The notes beneath the pieces were generated by a model. That model ran no database searches and was not told the origin of the DNA. It saw only the letters and a program-made list of their open reading frames with translations. A program made the position numbers and the translations under genes. 43,841 bases of DNA. Origin: Candidatus Hydrogenedentota bacterium. GTDB taxonomy: Bacteria; Hydrogenedentota; Hydrogenedentia; Hydrogenedentales; SLHB01. The DNA lies in NCBI GenBank assembly GCA_046540175.1, contig JBKHFO010000003.1, positions 1 through 43,841 on the forward strand, read 5' to 3'. Positions 16,345 through 26,784 of the stretch are shown here, piece after piece; position 1 is the stretch's first letter; each line of letters starts with the position of its first letter.

Positions 16345-19300
16345 TCACTCCGCCGCCGCCGCTGTTTCCATGTCGTATTGCTCGGCGATCGCGCCACGTT
16401 CAATAAGAAGTTGGGCCACTTCGCCGCGTCCCAACTCCAGCGCATAATCCAAGGGAGTACGGCGTTGCCGGCTCATCGCGTTTATCTGAGCGCCATGGTC
16501 GAGCAAGTAGGCCACCATCTCCGCATCCCCAAGGGCCGCCGCCATGTGAAGGGGGGTTCTCCAATTCAAATCGGAAGTCTGATGGCTCCCCTCCTCCACC
16601 AATTTCTTGACCATATCCAGATGGCCGTTCTGGGCCGCCAAGTGTATGGGACGGGCGCCTTCATTATTTCGTGTGTTGACGGATATCCCCACCTCAATGG
16701 CCAGGTCCACGACCCATACCCGGCCTTCCCGCGCCGCCCAATGGAGGGGAGTGTCGCCGTTCTCGTCGCCTTCCAGATACTCTTCGTTGTACCGTTCCAG
16801 TAGGTACTCCACGTCCCTTTCGGACTCTTTTTCCATCATCTGGCGCATCCAAGGAAACGGTTGAGGACCGAAAGCCCCCGATGGTTGCGGGGAACGCGAG
16901 GATGAGGTGGAGAAAACAGAAGCCCCCAGAAGGTCGGAGGTTTCCGCGCTGTTGGCCAACTGACGCGGATACCGCCCTCTATCGTCGGATGTATGCCGGT
17001 GAGCCCCATGTTCCATAAGCAACTCGGCGATATCGTGCCGCTCAAGGAAGGCCGCATAGTGAAGGGGGGTCTCGCCACCTTCGTTGCCCACGTTGGGATC
17101 CACGCCGTGCTCCGTTACCAGTTTTTCCACTAGATCCGTCATTCCGTAAATGACTGCGTAATGGAGCGATGTCATGCCGTCCGTATTGCTCCAGCTAGCG
17201 AGATCAGGATACTCCGCTATCAACTCTAGAATCGCTTCCATGTTCGCCGCGGCGATTGCTTCGCGGAAGCGATCGCCGGGGTGTTCCCCCTCCTCTTCGG
17301 CTTCCTCGGGTTCCTGCATCGCTTCAGGGGAAGCGGTAATAGCCTCATATTCTGATTGAAGGGCGGGCTCATGATTGACAAAAAGCTCCAGTATGGAAAG
17401 CCTTTCGGCCGAGACGGCGTAGTCCCACGGCGTCTCACCGCTTCTTGCTGCCGCCTCGAGTTGCGCTCCATGGTCCAAAAGCATTTGGATGACCTGTTCA
17501 TGACCTTGCGAAGCCGCCAAATGCAGCGGCGTTTCCCCCCTGTGATCCCCACCGGGGTTCGCGCCATTTTCCAGCAGTAACCGAACCACCGCTCCATGGC
17601 CTTCCCGAGCCGCGAGATGCAAAGGGAAACGCCCAGCGCCGTTGGTTACATCCACGGTGGCGCCGGCATTCAGAAGCCGTTGCACAACTTGGGTATGCCC
17701 TTGCTCGGCCGCAAGGTGAAGTGGCCGGGAGAGCGTCGCGTCGCGAAGGTCCACAACGCCGTCTTCCCGAATGAGAAGCTCCAAAACCGCCATCGCTCCC
17801 TCTCTGGCCGCCACATGCAAGGGGGATTGACCCTCGTTATCGCGGCGATTAACGTGCGCCCCGGAAGCCACCAGATGCTCCGCTATCGCGATGTGGTTCG
17901 CCGCGGCCGCCTTGTGCAGAGGCCGCGCATCATTTTCATCCGTGCTGTCCGGATCGGCGCCCTCATCAAGTAAATAGGCGGCGATATCAGCCTGGCCCCT
18001 CTCGGCGGCTATATGAAGCAACGTGCGCCCGCGGTTGTCCGCGAGTTCCAGGTCACCGGGCGCCCGTTGGAGATGACGCTTTACCGCTGGGAGGTCGCCG
18101 TCGCGCACAAGGCCGTGGATGGAAGGCGCACTCAATTCGGCGTTCTCTTCTAGAAACGCGGCCATGGCTTCCCGGCCAAGCGATTCCGCGTAATCCACCG
18201 GCGTTCTGCCGCCGCTATTCTCGGCGTAAACATCCGCCCCATGCTCCAACAGCAACTCGGCGATATTGGTGAAGTTGTACGCAGCGGCGATATGCAAAGG
18301 CGTGGTGTTATTATTGTCGCCCTCAACGACGGGCTCCGTTTCCAGAAGCAACCGCCCGATCGATGCGCGGCCCCTGTATACCGCCCAGTACAAGGGAGAG
18401 CGCCCATCGATGTCCCGCACATCAATGGAGGCCCCGAGATTGATAAGATACTCCACGGCCTCCTGGTGACCGTTCCTAACCGCCAAATGCAGGGGGCGGA
18501 GATAGTTTCTATCGCGGGCTTCGTAGGCGCCAGCAGCCTGGGCGAGGCTCCTTAAGAGCGGCACAGATCCGTTTTCCGCCGCCACGTGCATGGCGGAACG
18601 GCCCTGAACGTCCCGCGCATTTACTTGGGCTCTCTCCGACAACAGCCTGTCCACGATCTCCTCATGGCCGCCCGCCACAGCCTCATGGAGGGGCGTTCGC
18701 CAATCCTCATCCATGCTGTGCGGGTCCGCGCCTTCTTCGAGCAAATAGGAGGCTATCTCAGTGCGCCCGTGCACAACCGCCAAATGCAACGGAGTGCGGC
18801 CATGGACATCGGTCCGCTCCAGATCCTCTGGCTCCGCCTTGACCCAGTCTTGCACCCTTTCCAACGAGCCTTCCCGGGCCAACTGGTGTAAACGAGGCAA
18901 GTCAACATCCTCGCGAGCATCCTCTTCCGCCTGCGCATATTCTGGGAACAGAGGCAGAAGATGATGGAGCGCCGGTTCCTCGCGCGCCCACTCAAGCGCT
19001 GTTTGGTCCCGGTAATCGCGGACGCCTCTGGGCGCGCCCGCTTCCAGCAGCATCTCAACCACACCGCTTTGCCCGCTGATTACGCCATAGTGCAAGGGGG
19101 TATGGGATTGCCCGGTCTCAGCCTCGACATCCGCGCCTTGCTCCAATAAAAACGCGACGGCGTCTTCACGCCCGTATCCCGCGGCTATATGGAGCGGCGT
19201 CGGACGGCCTGCCTCTACCCTTGACTCAATCGCCTCCGGATCTTCCTGAAGAATACGGCGCAGCCACGCGACGTCGCCAGCCTTGGCGGCTTCGTGGATC

Positions 19301-20067
19301 TCCTCAAGCTCGGGGATTTCCGGCTCACGCCGGCTTAATGCTTGGCCTACAAAGTCCCTGAAAGCCGGCGTGGCGTCCATGTCTTCCATCAATTCTTCAA
19401 CAGCTTCGACATCGCCTTCTCCCATCAACTCCATTATCTCTCGCTGGGCGTCTTCGGACGTACCCTCCTCTGCGTCAGGCGTTTCCGAAAACGCTGCGCC
19501 TGGGAAGCCGAAGTCAGAAGGCGAAACCATCTCTTCGTCCGAAGATTCCGGACGGAACGGGTCGCTAGGAGCAGACCGTTCAGGGGTTCCCCATGGGATA
19601 TCTTCATCCCCATCAAGGGGCTCCATTATCATATGGACACCTTCCCTATCCTCCAACTCTTCTAACACACCTGAAGTATCGCTGGTGGGCATATCAGGGA
19701 TGGGGTCTTGAATCGAAGGCGCGCCTGGCTCTTCCCCTGAGGGACCATCGGGGACAAGTTGCTGAATCGCGGGGGCGCCCGCCCCTTGGCCGGGCCCTTC
19801 TGGCGCATCGTCATCAGGGACGCTGGGAATGACATCTTCTAGGGAGAAATCTTCCGCCGCCTCTTCCCCTTCCTGCGGCTGGAGAGCTTCCATGCCTGGG
19901 GAGGGCGAACCCTCTTCCGCGGCGGGTTGCCCTTGCTCTTGGGGAGGCTCTTCCCTCTGCTCAGAAGGAGACTCCTCCGCGGCAAGCAACATATTGTGCT
20001 GGCCAATAGCTATCGTCACCCCGAGTAGGAGAACGGCGATTATCCCCATCGCTACAGCGCGAAACAT
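16345..20067 (-). CDS. Large secreted ankyrin-repeat protein
   Basis: N-terminal hydrophobic signal; about 250-aa acidic/Pro-rich linker; many GxTPLHxAA...LLxxGA repeats in several blocks. Confidence 0.93.
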   Translation of the reverse strand: MFRAVAMGIIAVLLLGVTIAIGQHNMLLAAEESPSEQREEPPQEQGQPAAEEGSPSPGMEALQPQEGEEAAEDFSLEDVIPSVPDDDAPEGPGQGAGAPAIQQLVPDGPSGEEPGAPSIQDPIPDMPTSDTSGVLEELEDREGVHMIMEPLDGDEDIPWGTPERSAPSDPFRPESSDEEMVSPSDFGFPGAAFSETPDAEEGTSEDAQREIMELMGEGDVEAVEELMEDMDATPAFRDFVGQALSRREPEIPELEEIHEAAKAGDVAWLRRILQEDPEAIESRVEAGRPTPLHIAAGYGREDAVAFLLEQGADVEAETGQSHTPLHYGVISGQSGVVEMLLEAGAPRGVRDYRDQTALEWAREEPALHHLLPLFPEYAQAEEDAREDVDLPRLHQLAREGSLERVQDWVKAEPEDLERTDVHGRTPLHLAVVHGRTEIASYLLEEGADPHSMDEDWRTPLHEAVAGGHEEIVDRLLSERAQVNARDVQGRSAMHVAAENGSVPLLRSLAQAAGAYEARDRNYLRPLHLAVRNGHQEAVEYLINLGASIDVRDIDGRSPLYWAVYRGRASIGRLLLETEPVVEGDNNNTTPLHIAAAYNFTNIAELLLEHGADVYAENSGGRTPVDYAESLGREAMAAFLEENAELSAPSIHGLVRDGDLPAVKRHLQRAPGDLELADNRGRTLLHIAAERGQADIAAYLLDEGADPDSTDENDARPLHKAAAANHIAIAEHLVASGAHVNRRDNEGQSPLHVAAREGAMAVLELLIREDGVVDLRDATLSRPLHLAAEQGHTQVVQRLLNAGATVDVTNGAGRFPLHLAAREGHGAVVRLLLENGANPGGDHRGETPLHLAASQGHEQVIQMLLDHGAQLEAAARSGETPWDYAVSAERLSILELFVNHEPALQSEYEAITASPEAMQEPEEAEEEGEHPGDRFREAIAAANMEAILELIAEYPDLASWSNTDGMTSLHYAVIYGMTDLVEKLVTEHGVDPNVGNEGGETPLHYAAFLERHDIAELLMEHGAHRHTSDDRGRYPRQLANSAETSDLLGASVFSTSSSRSPQPSGAFGPQPFPWMRQMMEKESERDVEYLLERYNEEYLEGDENGDTPLHWAAREGRVWVVDLAIEVGISVNTRNNEGARPIHLAAQNGHLDMVKKLVEEGSHQTSDLNWRTPLHMAAALGDAEMVAYLLDHGAQINAMSRQRRTPLDYALELGRGEVAQLLIERGAIAEQYDMETAAAAE

Positions 20068-20114
20068 GGCTATATACTCCTAATTGCAGCTCGGTCCATT
20101 GTTGCTGCACCGGT

Positions 20115-20789
20115 TCACTCGCTGGTGAACTCAAACGGAGGGTTGTCCTCGGTTGACTCACCCACATCAACATAGTAGTTTTCCAATGGCAGCGGAGTCT
20201 CCAGAACACCGCGATACTCGCCGCTGGAATCACAAAGATAACGGCGGGTCATTCGATAGCGGCTACGCAGCGAGAACTCATTATCGCTTTCCGCAACCAG
20301 CTTCGGGTCTAAATCAAGGAGCATCCTGCCCAGCTCACTCTCGCGGGGAGGAGTGGTGTACCATTCATAATAATAGGTTATAACCATTTCCACTGGTGTC
20401 CGGTAGCTTTCGGACCTTAGAATATCATCAATGCTATACCCGGTGAACTTGCGATAGTCCTTCGCATACAGCCCTTCACCTTCCCGAAACGGCTGACCTG
20501 AAATCTCATGAAAGCGAACTTCGTTCCGATGCTCCTCTTCATACGACTCGAAGTACTCGTGTTGGCGATGGGCGAGGTCGTGAGCCCGTTGCTCCAGTGC
20601 GGCAATCAAGCGCGGATGGGGAAGTCCTTCCAGATACTCCTCGCCCTCCCGATCGCATCCCGCAAGGGCCCCGATGGTCATCAATCCAATAAGTACACAA
20701 CCGGTAATTCGCGCGCCACGTCCCTGCATAACTAAACGAGATTTCATAATCGCCCTCGTCTCCAACATAGCTTCACACCCATACATCAT
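20115..20789 (-). CDS. Hypothetical lipoprotein
   Basis: Hydrophobic stretch ending in lipobox LAGC; coupled to the upstream gene; true start may be further downstream. Confidence 0.75.
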   Translation of the reverse strand: MMYGCEAMLETRAIMKSRLVMQGRGARITGCVLIGLMTIGALAGCDREGEEYLEGLPHPRLIAALEQRAHDLAHRQHEYFESYEEEHRNEVRFHEISGQPFREGEGLYAKDYRKFTGYSIDDILRSESYRTPVEMVITYYYEWYTTPPRESELGRMLLDLDPKLVAESDNEFSLRSRYRMTRRYLCDSSGEYRGVLETPLPLENYYVDVGESTEDNPPFEFTSE

Positions 20790-21355
20790 TATTCACCTTT
20801 TCGCTGCAACTCGCCATCCGGCCCTTCATAAAGCTGTCCCGTTGGCATGGCTTCCACGCGCGCCTCAAAAAAGGCAAGCCGTATAGCATCATAGCCCCTC
20901 GCGCCCAGGTCATTGCTTTCCCGGATGGCCTCATAAAGCGTCCAGCGGCTATCGTTTTCCCGATATACAAGAGCCGCATGCTGCCGGCGCTGTTCCGGCG
21001 TGGTCTCGTTGCGGTAGTCCCGCCCGCGCCGCAACGCCAAGACGCCTGAACGCTGCTCATACGCCCATGGGGTATCGCGAAGCTCGTTGACTCGCTCGCC
21101 GCGTAGCACCCGCGTCCGAACCGTTTGGCGTATGAGTTCGGTATCCAGCATCAAGTCATCGCGGGCTTGGGGAACATAATCCTCATCCGCCGCGAGAACG
21201 GCCTCTTCAATTTCCCGTGCTGCTTGGCGAAGCGTCTGTTCAGGGACTGCATCGAAGTCCGGCCTAAGCTCACTGCCCACGCCCGGCACGGTAACACACC
21301 CCATCAAGGCTAAAACGCACACCAAACCCAAAACATATCGAGCCATCATTACCAC
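20789..21355 (-). CDS. Lipoprotein, possibly DUF1318/YdbL-like
   Basis: Lipobox LMGC; EQRSGVL, LVYRENDSRWTLYEAI and GQLYEGPDG resemble the DUF1318 pattern. Confidence 0.7.
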   Translation of the reverse strand: MVMMARYVLGLVCVLALMGCVTVPGVGSELRPDFDAVPEQTLRQAAREIEEAVLAADEDYVPQARDDLMLDTELIRQTVRTRVLRGERVNELRDTPWAYEQRSGVLALRRGRDYRNETTPEQRRQHAALVYRENDSRWTLYEAIRESNDLGARGYDAIRLAFFEARVEAMPTGQLYEGPDGELQRKGE

Positions 21356-21359
21356 TCCT

Positions 21360-23003
21360 TCACGAGCTTCCGACCACTACACGGTTCTTTCCTAACCGTT
21401 TTGCTTCATAAAGCGCATTATCGCTGACGCGTATCATAGCTTCGCCAGACGTCATTTTATCATGCTCCAAAACAGCCACCCCAATGCTTATCGTTACCTG
21501 CTGGTCTTCGGGCACCCCCTCAAACATCTTACTATTCACATGTTGAAGAAGGCGATCGGCTTCAACTTTGGCTCCTTCCACCCCCGTTTGAGGCAGAACC
21601 ACGATAAACTCTTCCCCGCCATATCGTGCGATGATGTCGCTCTTGCGCACCGACCCCGTAATGCGGCGCGCCAGTTCCCTCAGGATATGATCTCCCTGGA
21701 GATGACCCCACCTATCGTTAATCTGCTTGAAATTGTCGATATCCAAAAGCAAGCAGGAAAGGGGTAGGTGATAACGTTGCGCTCGCTCAAACTCCTCGTC
21801 CAACCGTTCGCGGATATGCCGGTGATTGTAAAGACCGGTAAGACCATCGGTAACCGCCAAATACTCCAGACGCTCATTGGCGCGTTGAATCGACTCAAAG
21901 AGGTGAGCCCGCTCCAGGGCGTTGGAGGCGGCCTCGGCGACGATTTCGCAGAAGTTGATCTCCCTGTCGGAAAAAGCGCCCTTTCGGCGGGCGGCCCGCA
22001 AGAACAGGGAACCCACGTTCTCATCGTGGAGGACAATCGGAATAACCAATATCGAAGCTATCTCGGCCGCGGCCAATTCCGCCGCGAACTCCTGCACCAG
22101 GGGGTCGGTTTGAACATCGTTTATGATAACTTTGGCGCCGTTATGCAGCACGTCCTGTAGTTCTGGGTATTTGCGAGTATCAATCAGTAGATTGTATACC
22201 TGGGAATCTTCATGGGACGCCAGCACATGCCCCATCTCGCTGCCGCCCCAAAGCCTCACGACGGAACACCGGTCAATCCCGATGATCTGCGCTATCTTTT
22301 CGACGAATACAAAAAGGATGTCGTGGCTGCGCCGCCGGGCTGAAATGGCTTTGAGTATCTCAAGCACACAAAAGAGGTCGCCTTTATCCACCGAGGCGTC
22401 CCGGCGCTGACGGGAAAGCACCTCGACATGGCGCGCCATCAGTTCGGTGGCCAAGGCCAAGCTGGCATCTGTTTGCGAAGGCGGGGAGGCCTCCATGGCT
22501 TGGGGCCACAGTCCCCCGGCTTGCTCACCGACAAGCTTTCCGAATCTCCAGACGAGGTCCTGCCGACACGTCCAGCCTCCGCACACACCCCCCCCAGCTC
22601 CCGTGGTGGAATTCGTGTAGAATAAGGCCACGGAATGAAGGGGAGAGAGCAGGATCAGCAGCCGCTCATGTTCTGGGACGATCCCGGACCCTTGAGGGTA
22701 TTCCTGAACATTGTCCGCCTCCGCCCAACCCGGCGGCGTCCGGCCCATTACCAAGACTTGCTCGGCGACGGAGCTGAAAGCCGCCAGTTCAGTCAAAGAG
22801 GCCGCCGTCACTTCGTCTACAATCAGATAGCAGTCGCCCGAAGTGTATTGCCAGCAGTTGCGTCCAACGGCGCGCGCCAACTCCTGAAACGAGTCTGGAT
22901 CCGTGATAGGAATCACTCCAGCAGAGCCGTCCTCTCCCGCCTTACATGTTCTCCACAGTTCCCTCGTAAGAGAGGGCGAACTTGACTTGTTCATATTCTC
23001 CAT
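21360..23003 (-). CDS. Diguanylate cyclase (DICT-like + GAF + GGDEF)
   Basis: TDGLTGLYN, DIDNFKQINDRWGH, RKSD I-site, ARYGGEEF; GAF ending ASNALERA; N-terminal ERLLILLSP...GGWT DICT-like. Confidence 0.92.
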   Translation of the reverse strand: MENMNKSSSPSLTRELWRTCKAGEDGSAGVIPITDPDSFQELARAVGRNCWQYTSGDCYLIVDEVTAASLTELAAFSSVAEQVLVMGRTPPGWAEADNVQEYPQGSGIVPEHERLLILLSPLHSVALFYTNSTTGAGGGVCGGWTCRQDLVWRFGKLVGEQAGGLWPQAMEASPPSQTDASLALATELMARHVEVLSRQRRDASVDKGDLFCVLEILKAISARRRSHDILFVFVEKIAQIIGIDRCSVVRLWGGSEMGHVLASHEDSQVYNLLIDTRKYPELQDVLHNGAKVIINDVQTDPLVQEFAAELAAAEIASILVIPIVLHDENVGSLFLRAARRKGAFSDREINFCEIVAEAASNALERAHLFESIQRANERLEYLAVTDGLTGLYNHRHIRERLDEEFERAQRYHLPLSCLLLDIDNFKQINDRWGHLQGDHILRELARRITGSVRKSDIIARYGGEEFIVVLPQTGVEGAKVEADRLLQHVNSKMFEGVPEDQQVTISIGVAVLEHDKMTSGEAMIRVSDNALYEAKRLGKNRVVVGSS

Positions 23004-23149
23004 CTACTCTCACCGGTGAACCTGCCAGTTAGCCGGGGAGTTCTCGGCCCCGGTTCCAGGTCAATATGCAAAACCCGCACGGCGTTCACAACCGTCCGGG
23101 CATGCGGAACTCCGTTAATGACCGAGCCGCTGCTGACAAGCATTAGCCA

Positions 23150-24379
23150 TCAGGCTGGACTAAACACTTCGACCACCTCCACGGGCGTCGCGCGAACTAC
23201 GAGGTCGTAGAGTTCCTCTACTTCCTCGGTATACATCCGAACGCATCCGTTGGAATCATACTCACCGATGGTCTCTGGAGCAATTGTGCCGTGGATCCCC
23301 AAATCCGTCGGGAGTCCTTCTTCCTCGGGCACCATCGGCATCCAACGCGTCGCCAATTCATTGCGAGGATCGTTAGCCGGGATAACACCATGTCCTGGCT
23401 TGAACCAGGCGGGATCCTTTTGTTTATTGCCCACCCGGTAACTGCCCAGAACCGTTTCCTGCCCCGGCCTGCCTAGCCCGACCTCGTACCGCTTGAAAAT
23501 GCCGTCGTTATCCAACAGGAACAACCGCCTTGTCGAGCGCTCAATCACGATGCGAAAGTCCTTGGGCGTATGCTTCAGCCGTTGCCCGACGCGCAAATTG
23601 GAAGGGTCTTCCATATTGTTGGCGCGCATGAGGAGGCCCTGCGTCGTGTTAAGCTCTACCCCGATCTTGGTCAAGTTATCCCCGGACTGAACTTCGTAAT
23701 AACGGCTTTCAGGGGTTTCCCGAGAGGAGAAGATCAACTCCACATTGGCCTCCCCCAACCCATCTAGCGCCTCCCCCCACGCTTCGCTGTTCCATTCGGC
23801 ATCTTCCAACGCCTTGGCATAGTAATCCCGCGCCTCCCAGAGTTCGCCTTCCCGTTCGGCTTGGCGTCCAAATGCCGTCAACGCCTCGGCGCGGAATTCG
23901 GGCGCCGCTGTATCCCGCACCTCGTCATACAGGGCCAAGGCCTGTTCCATATCCCCATTCTCTTCCAGGAGCCGAGCACACGCAAGCGCCGCCTTGGGGT
24001 GATGTGGACTGTTGGGAAACTCGGAGATGGCCCTTTTAAGGTAGGTTTCGGCTTGTTCGACGTTCCCCGCGGCTTGTTCAGCCTTCGCCAACAAAAACAA
24101 CGCCTCCGGCGTTATCCTTGAATCCGAAACCCGCGCCACAATGGGAGCAAGCAGCTCGCGGACTTCCGCACTGCGCTGTTCTTCCATGAGTTGCCGCGCA
24201 TCCTCGATCGCGGCGTGCGCTTTCGATTCCCAGCTCCCTACGAAGTAGTGACCCCGTAACGTCTCGGTTATCCACAACCCGCCATACACCACCGCGAAGA
24301 GAAACAGGAGCAGAGCGATTATCTTTCCCAGGCTCGGATCCCGGCGTGTGACATTCTTAAACGTCGGCTGACGCCGCAT
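23150..24379 (-). CDS. L,D-transpeptidase with TM anchor, TPR repeats and LysM
   Basis: N-terminal TM; TPR helices; YEVQSGDNLTKI LysM; YkuD motif GIHGT...SNGCVRM. Confidence 0.92.
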   Translation of the reverse strand: MRRQPTFKNVTRRDPSLGKIIALLLFLFAVVYGGLWITETLRGHYFVGSWESKAHAAIEDARQLMEEQRSAEVRELLAPIVARVSDSRITPEALFLLAKAEQAAGNVEQAETYLKRAISEFPNSPHHPKAALACARLLEENGDMEQALALYDEVRDTAAPEFRAEALTAFGRQAEREGELWEARDYYAKALEDAEWNSEAWGEALDGLGEANVELIFSSRETPESRYYEVQSGDNLTKIGVELNTTQGLLMRANNMEDPSNLRVGQRLKHTPKDFRIVIERSTRRLFLLDNDGIFKRYEVGLGRPGQETVLGSYRVGNKQKDPAWFKPGHGVIPANDPRNELATRWMPMVPEEEGLPTDLGIHGTIAPETIGEYDSNGCVRMYTEEVEELYDLVVRATPVEVVEVFSPA

Positions 24380-24388
24380 AGTCGCTCC

Positions 24389-25348
24389 TCAGATCCGTGA
24401 TTCTGCTACGCGCTGCAAATCCAACAGCAACTCTGTCACTGACTGATAACGCTTATCCGGCTTGCGCCGTAAACATTTCAGGATAACCCGGTCCAACTGG
24501 GGAGGAATTGCCGGGTTATGCTTGGAAGGGGGATCAAACCGGAATCGAGAATCCCGCAATTGCCGCATCATGTCATTCGCCGTCGGCCCATGACAAGGAT
24601 GTCTGCCCGTAAACAGTTCATACAGCGTCAAACCGAAGGAGAAAATGTCGGATCGCGCATCAAGGCTTCTTTTCGCCAACTGCTCGGGGGACATGTAGCG
24701 GCGGGTACCGCCGCCCTCCTTAAACCAACGCGTACGCCAACTCGAATCCGATTTGGAGAGGCCAAAGTCCACGATCTTCACCTTCGTCAGATCGCGAGAG
24801 AATAGGAAATTCTCGGGTTTGATGTCCCGGTGAACAATGCCGTGTTGGTGGAGAAAGTCCAGCCCCTGACAAAGCTGAATCGCCAAATCCACCATTTGCC
24901 GCATGCTCAGTTCCCGGTTCTCGATGAAGCGGCGGAGGTTGTGCCCATCCACGAACTCCATGATGAGGCACCGGCGGACGTTCCCGTTCCGGTCCTCCTG
25001 CTCGATAATCTGGTTGGACATGCGGATTACATTGGGATGATTCAGCTTGGACGCAATCAGAATCTCCCGGCCCAGGTAGTCCCGTTTACGCCGTTTCTTA
25101 TCCAGATCGTAGCGCCGATCCAGGACCTTGACGGCGACCGTGGTGTCCCGGCTGCGATCAATCGCTTTGTACACGGTCCCCATTCCGCCGCTTCCAATAG
25201 GCGCAATGATCTGGTAGGGACCAACGTGGGTCAACTCCAGCTCCGACTGGGCAGTGGCCGGTTGACCATTGCCTTCTTCCCGGCCTTCCTCTTCTTCATG
25301 TTCATGTCGTGCCGATTCGTCTTGCTTGGCGCGAAAGAATTTTTTCAT
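24389..25348 (-). CDS. Cytoplasmic Hanks-type Ser/Thr protein kinase
   Basis: IGSGGMGTVY, VAVK, HRDIKPEN, DFG, YMSPEQ, SDIFSFG; start at MKKFF after AAGGGA. Confidence 0.95.
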   Translation of the reverse strand: MKKFFRAKQDESARHEHEEEEGREEGNGQPATAQSELELTHVGPYQIIAPIGSGGMGTVYKAIDRSRDTTVAVKVLDRRYDLDKKRRKRDYLGREILIASKLNHPNVIRMSNQIIEQEDRNGNVRRCLIMEFVDGHNLRRFIENRELSMRQMVDLAIQLCQGLDFLHQHGIVHRDIKPENFLFSRDLTKVKIVDFGLSKSDSSWRTRWFKEGGGTRRYMSPEQLAKRSLDARSDIFSFGLTLYELFTGRHPCHGPTANDMMRQLRDSRFRFDPPSKHNPAIPPQLDRVILKCLRRKPDKRYQSVTELLLDLQRVAESRI

Positions 25349-26209
25349 CAGTCCCTTAAGAATGGCCCGGCATCCTTTCCCTTGCGGCGGGCGGCACAAT
25401 GTCGCCCCCCTCCACCCCTATCTTGCCCTTATTGTACGGATATCGCATCTCGCTACACTCAGGCGCTACGGAATTCCCTAGGCCTGAGCGACTTGCAAAA
25501 CTCAAGAGGAGGTCCGCCTTCTTGCGGTAACCAATTATGCTATTGAGTATTTCGAGCAATGTCCAGTAATTGTCAGCAACATTCATCCTCGATCGCGGAC
25601 GTCTGCACGTCGCTGGCCTCACTCGGATTATATCACGTAGGCGGTTCATGGCGGCGCTTTTGCGCCATTCCGTCTCCGCTGCCCCGTGTGCGCCTTTGGG
25701 CGGCTTTTCCAAAGCTGACAACACCCGGGTTCAGGACGCCGCCCACGTTCTCCTCTAACCCGTATGATAGCGATATTGCCGCTTCATGGCAAGAGCGAAG
25801 CGGGGTTCCAAATCATCCGGTGGGCTTAGAGTAGCGGAAGCGTCGCGGCGCCGGCGTCCATCTACTCGGGGACTCGCCGAGCCGTTAGGCGATTGACGGG
25901 CCGATTGCCGTTGTTGGGCAAGCTGCAAAGGCCGAATGACGCAGCTCGGGCGCCCGCCCCCACGGCGAGCTCAGCATGGAGGAGGGGGCTGGCTTGCGCC
26001 CCACGCTCTCTGGCGCTTGCTTACGAGCCCCGCACGGCGCCAGCGGACTCCGCGGTTGAATTCCCAGCCGCGTTGTCAGCCATGGGACGAGCTACTCCGT
26101 TAGATACGCCAAAGAGACATCGATGTCTTCATATCCTTAAAAGGGCGCGCTCCCGCTCGGAGAGTGAGCGGGGACAATTGATGAGGGCGCGCCATGTGAC
26201 GTATGATCG

Positions 26210-26641
26210 CTACTGCTTCTTCTTGGCCATCTCAAGAATATCGGACGGAACATCGCTGTAAGGATCCGCATCGGCCTCGATACACTTATCGACGATTTTA
26301 ACCACCTCGTCGCGGGCCATACCGGCGGCCTTGGCTTCGGCAACAACCTCATGCAAACGCTCAATGATACGGCGGCGGCATTCTTCGCGGCACTTCTGTT
26401 CAACGCCCTTGTTAATGAAAACCCCCATCCCGCGGCGGGTGAAGAGCAACCCCATCACTTCCAGGTCACGGTACGCCTTGGCCACTGTGTTAGGATTAAC
26501 GCCCAGCCGTTCGGAGAGTTCTCGCACCGAGGGAAGCTGGTCGCCGGGCTTAAGACGGCCGGAGGATATGGCGAATTGGACATGGTTCTCGATTTGAACG
26601 TAGACCGCTACGCTGCTGGTAACATCAATGTTTTCTAACAT
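26210..26641 (-). CDS. GntR-family regulator (YtrA-like)
   Basis: VYVQI, PGDQLPSVRELS, VNPNTVAKAYRDLE, RRGMGVF; short C-terminal helix. Confidence 0.93.
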   Translation of the reverse strand: MLENIDVTSSVAVYVQIENHVQFAISSGRLKPGDQLPSVRELSERLGVNPNTVAKAYRDLEVMGLLFTRRGMGVFINKGVEQKCREECRRRIIERLHEVVAEAKAAGMARDEVVKIVDKCIEADADPYSDVPSDILEMAKKKQ

Positions 26642-26784
26642 GGGGCGCCTTTCTGGAACACGTTTGAGCCGTGCGTGGAAGTATCAAACTGGTTAGCCCG
26701 GCTAAAACGCCGATGCAGCCATGAAGTCTATAGGGGAGTCTACAATCTATGTGTGATAAATATCAAGTTATTTGTGTAAGGGGG

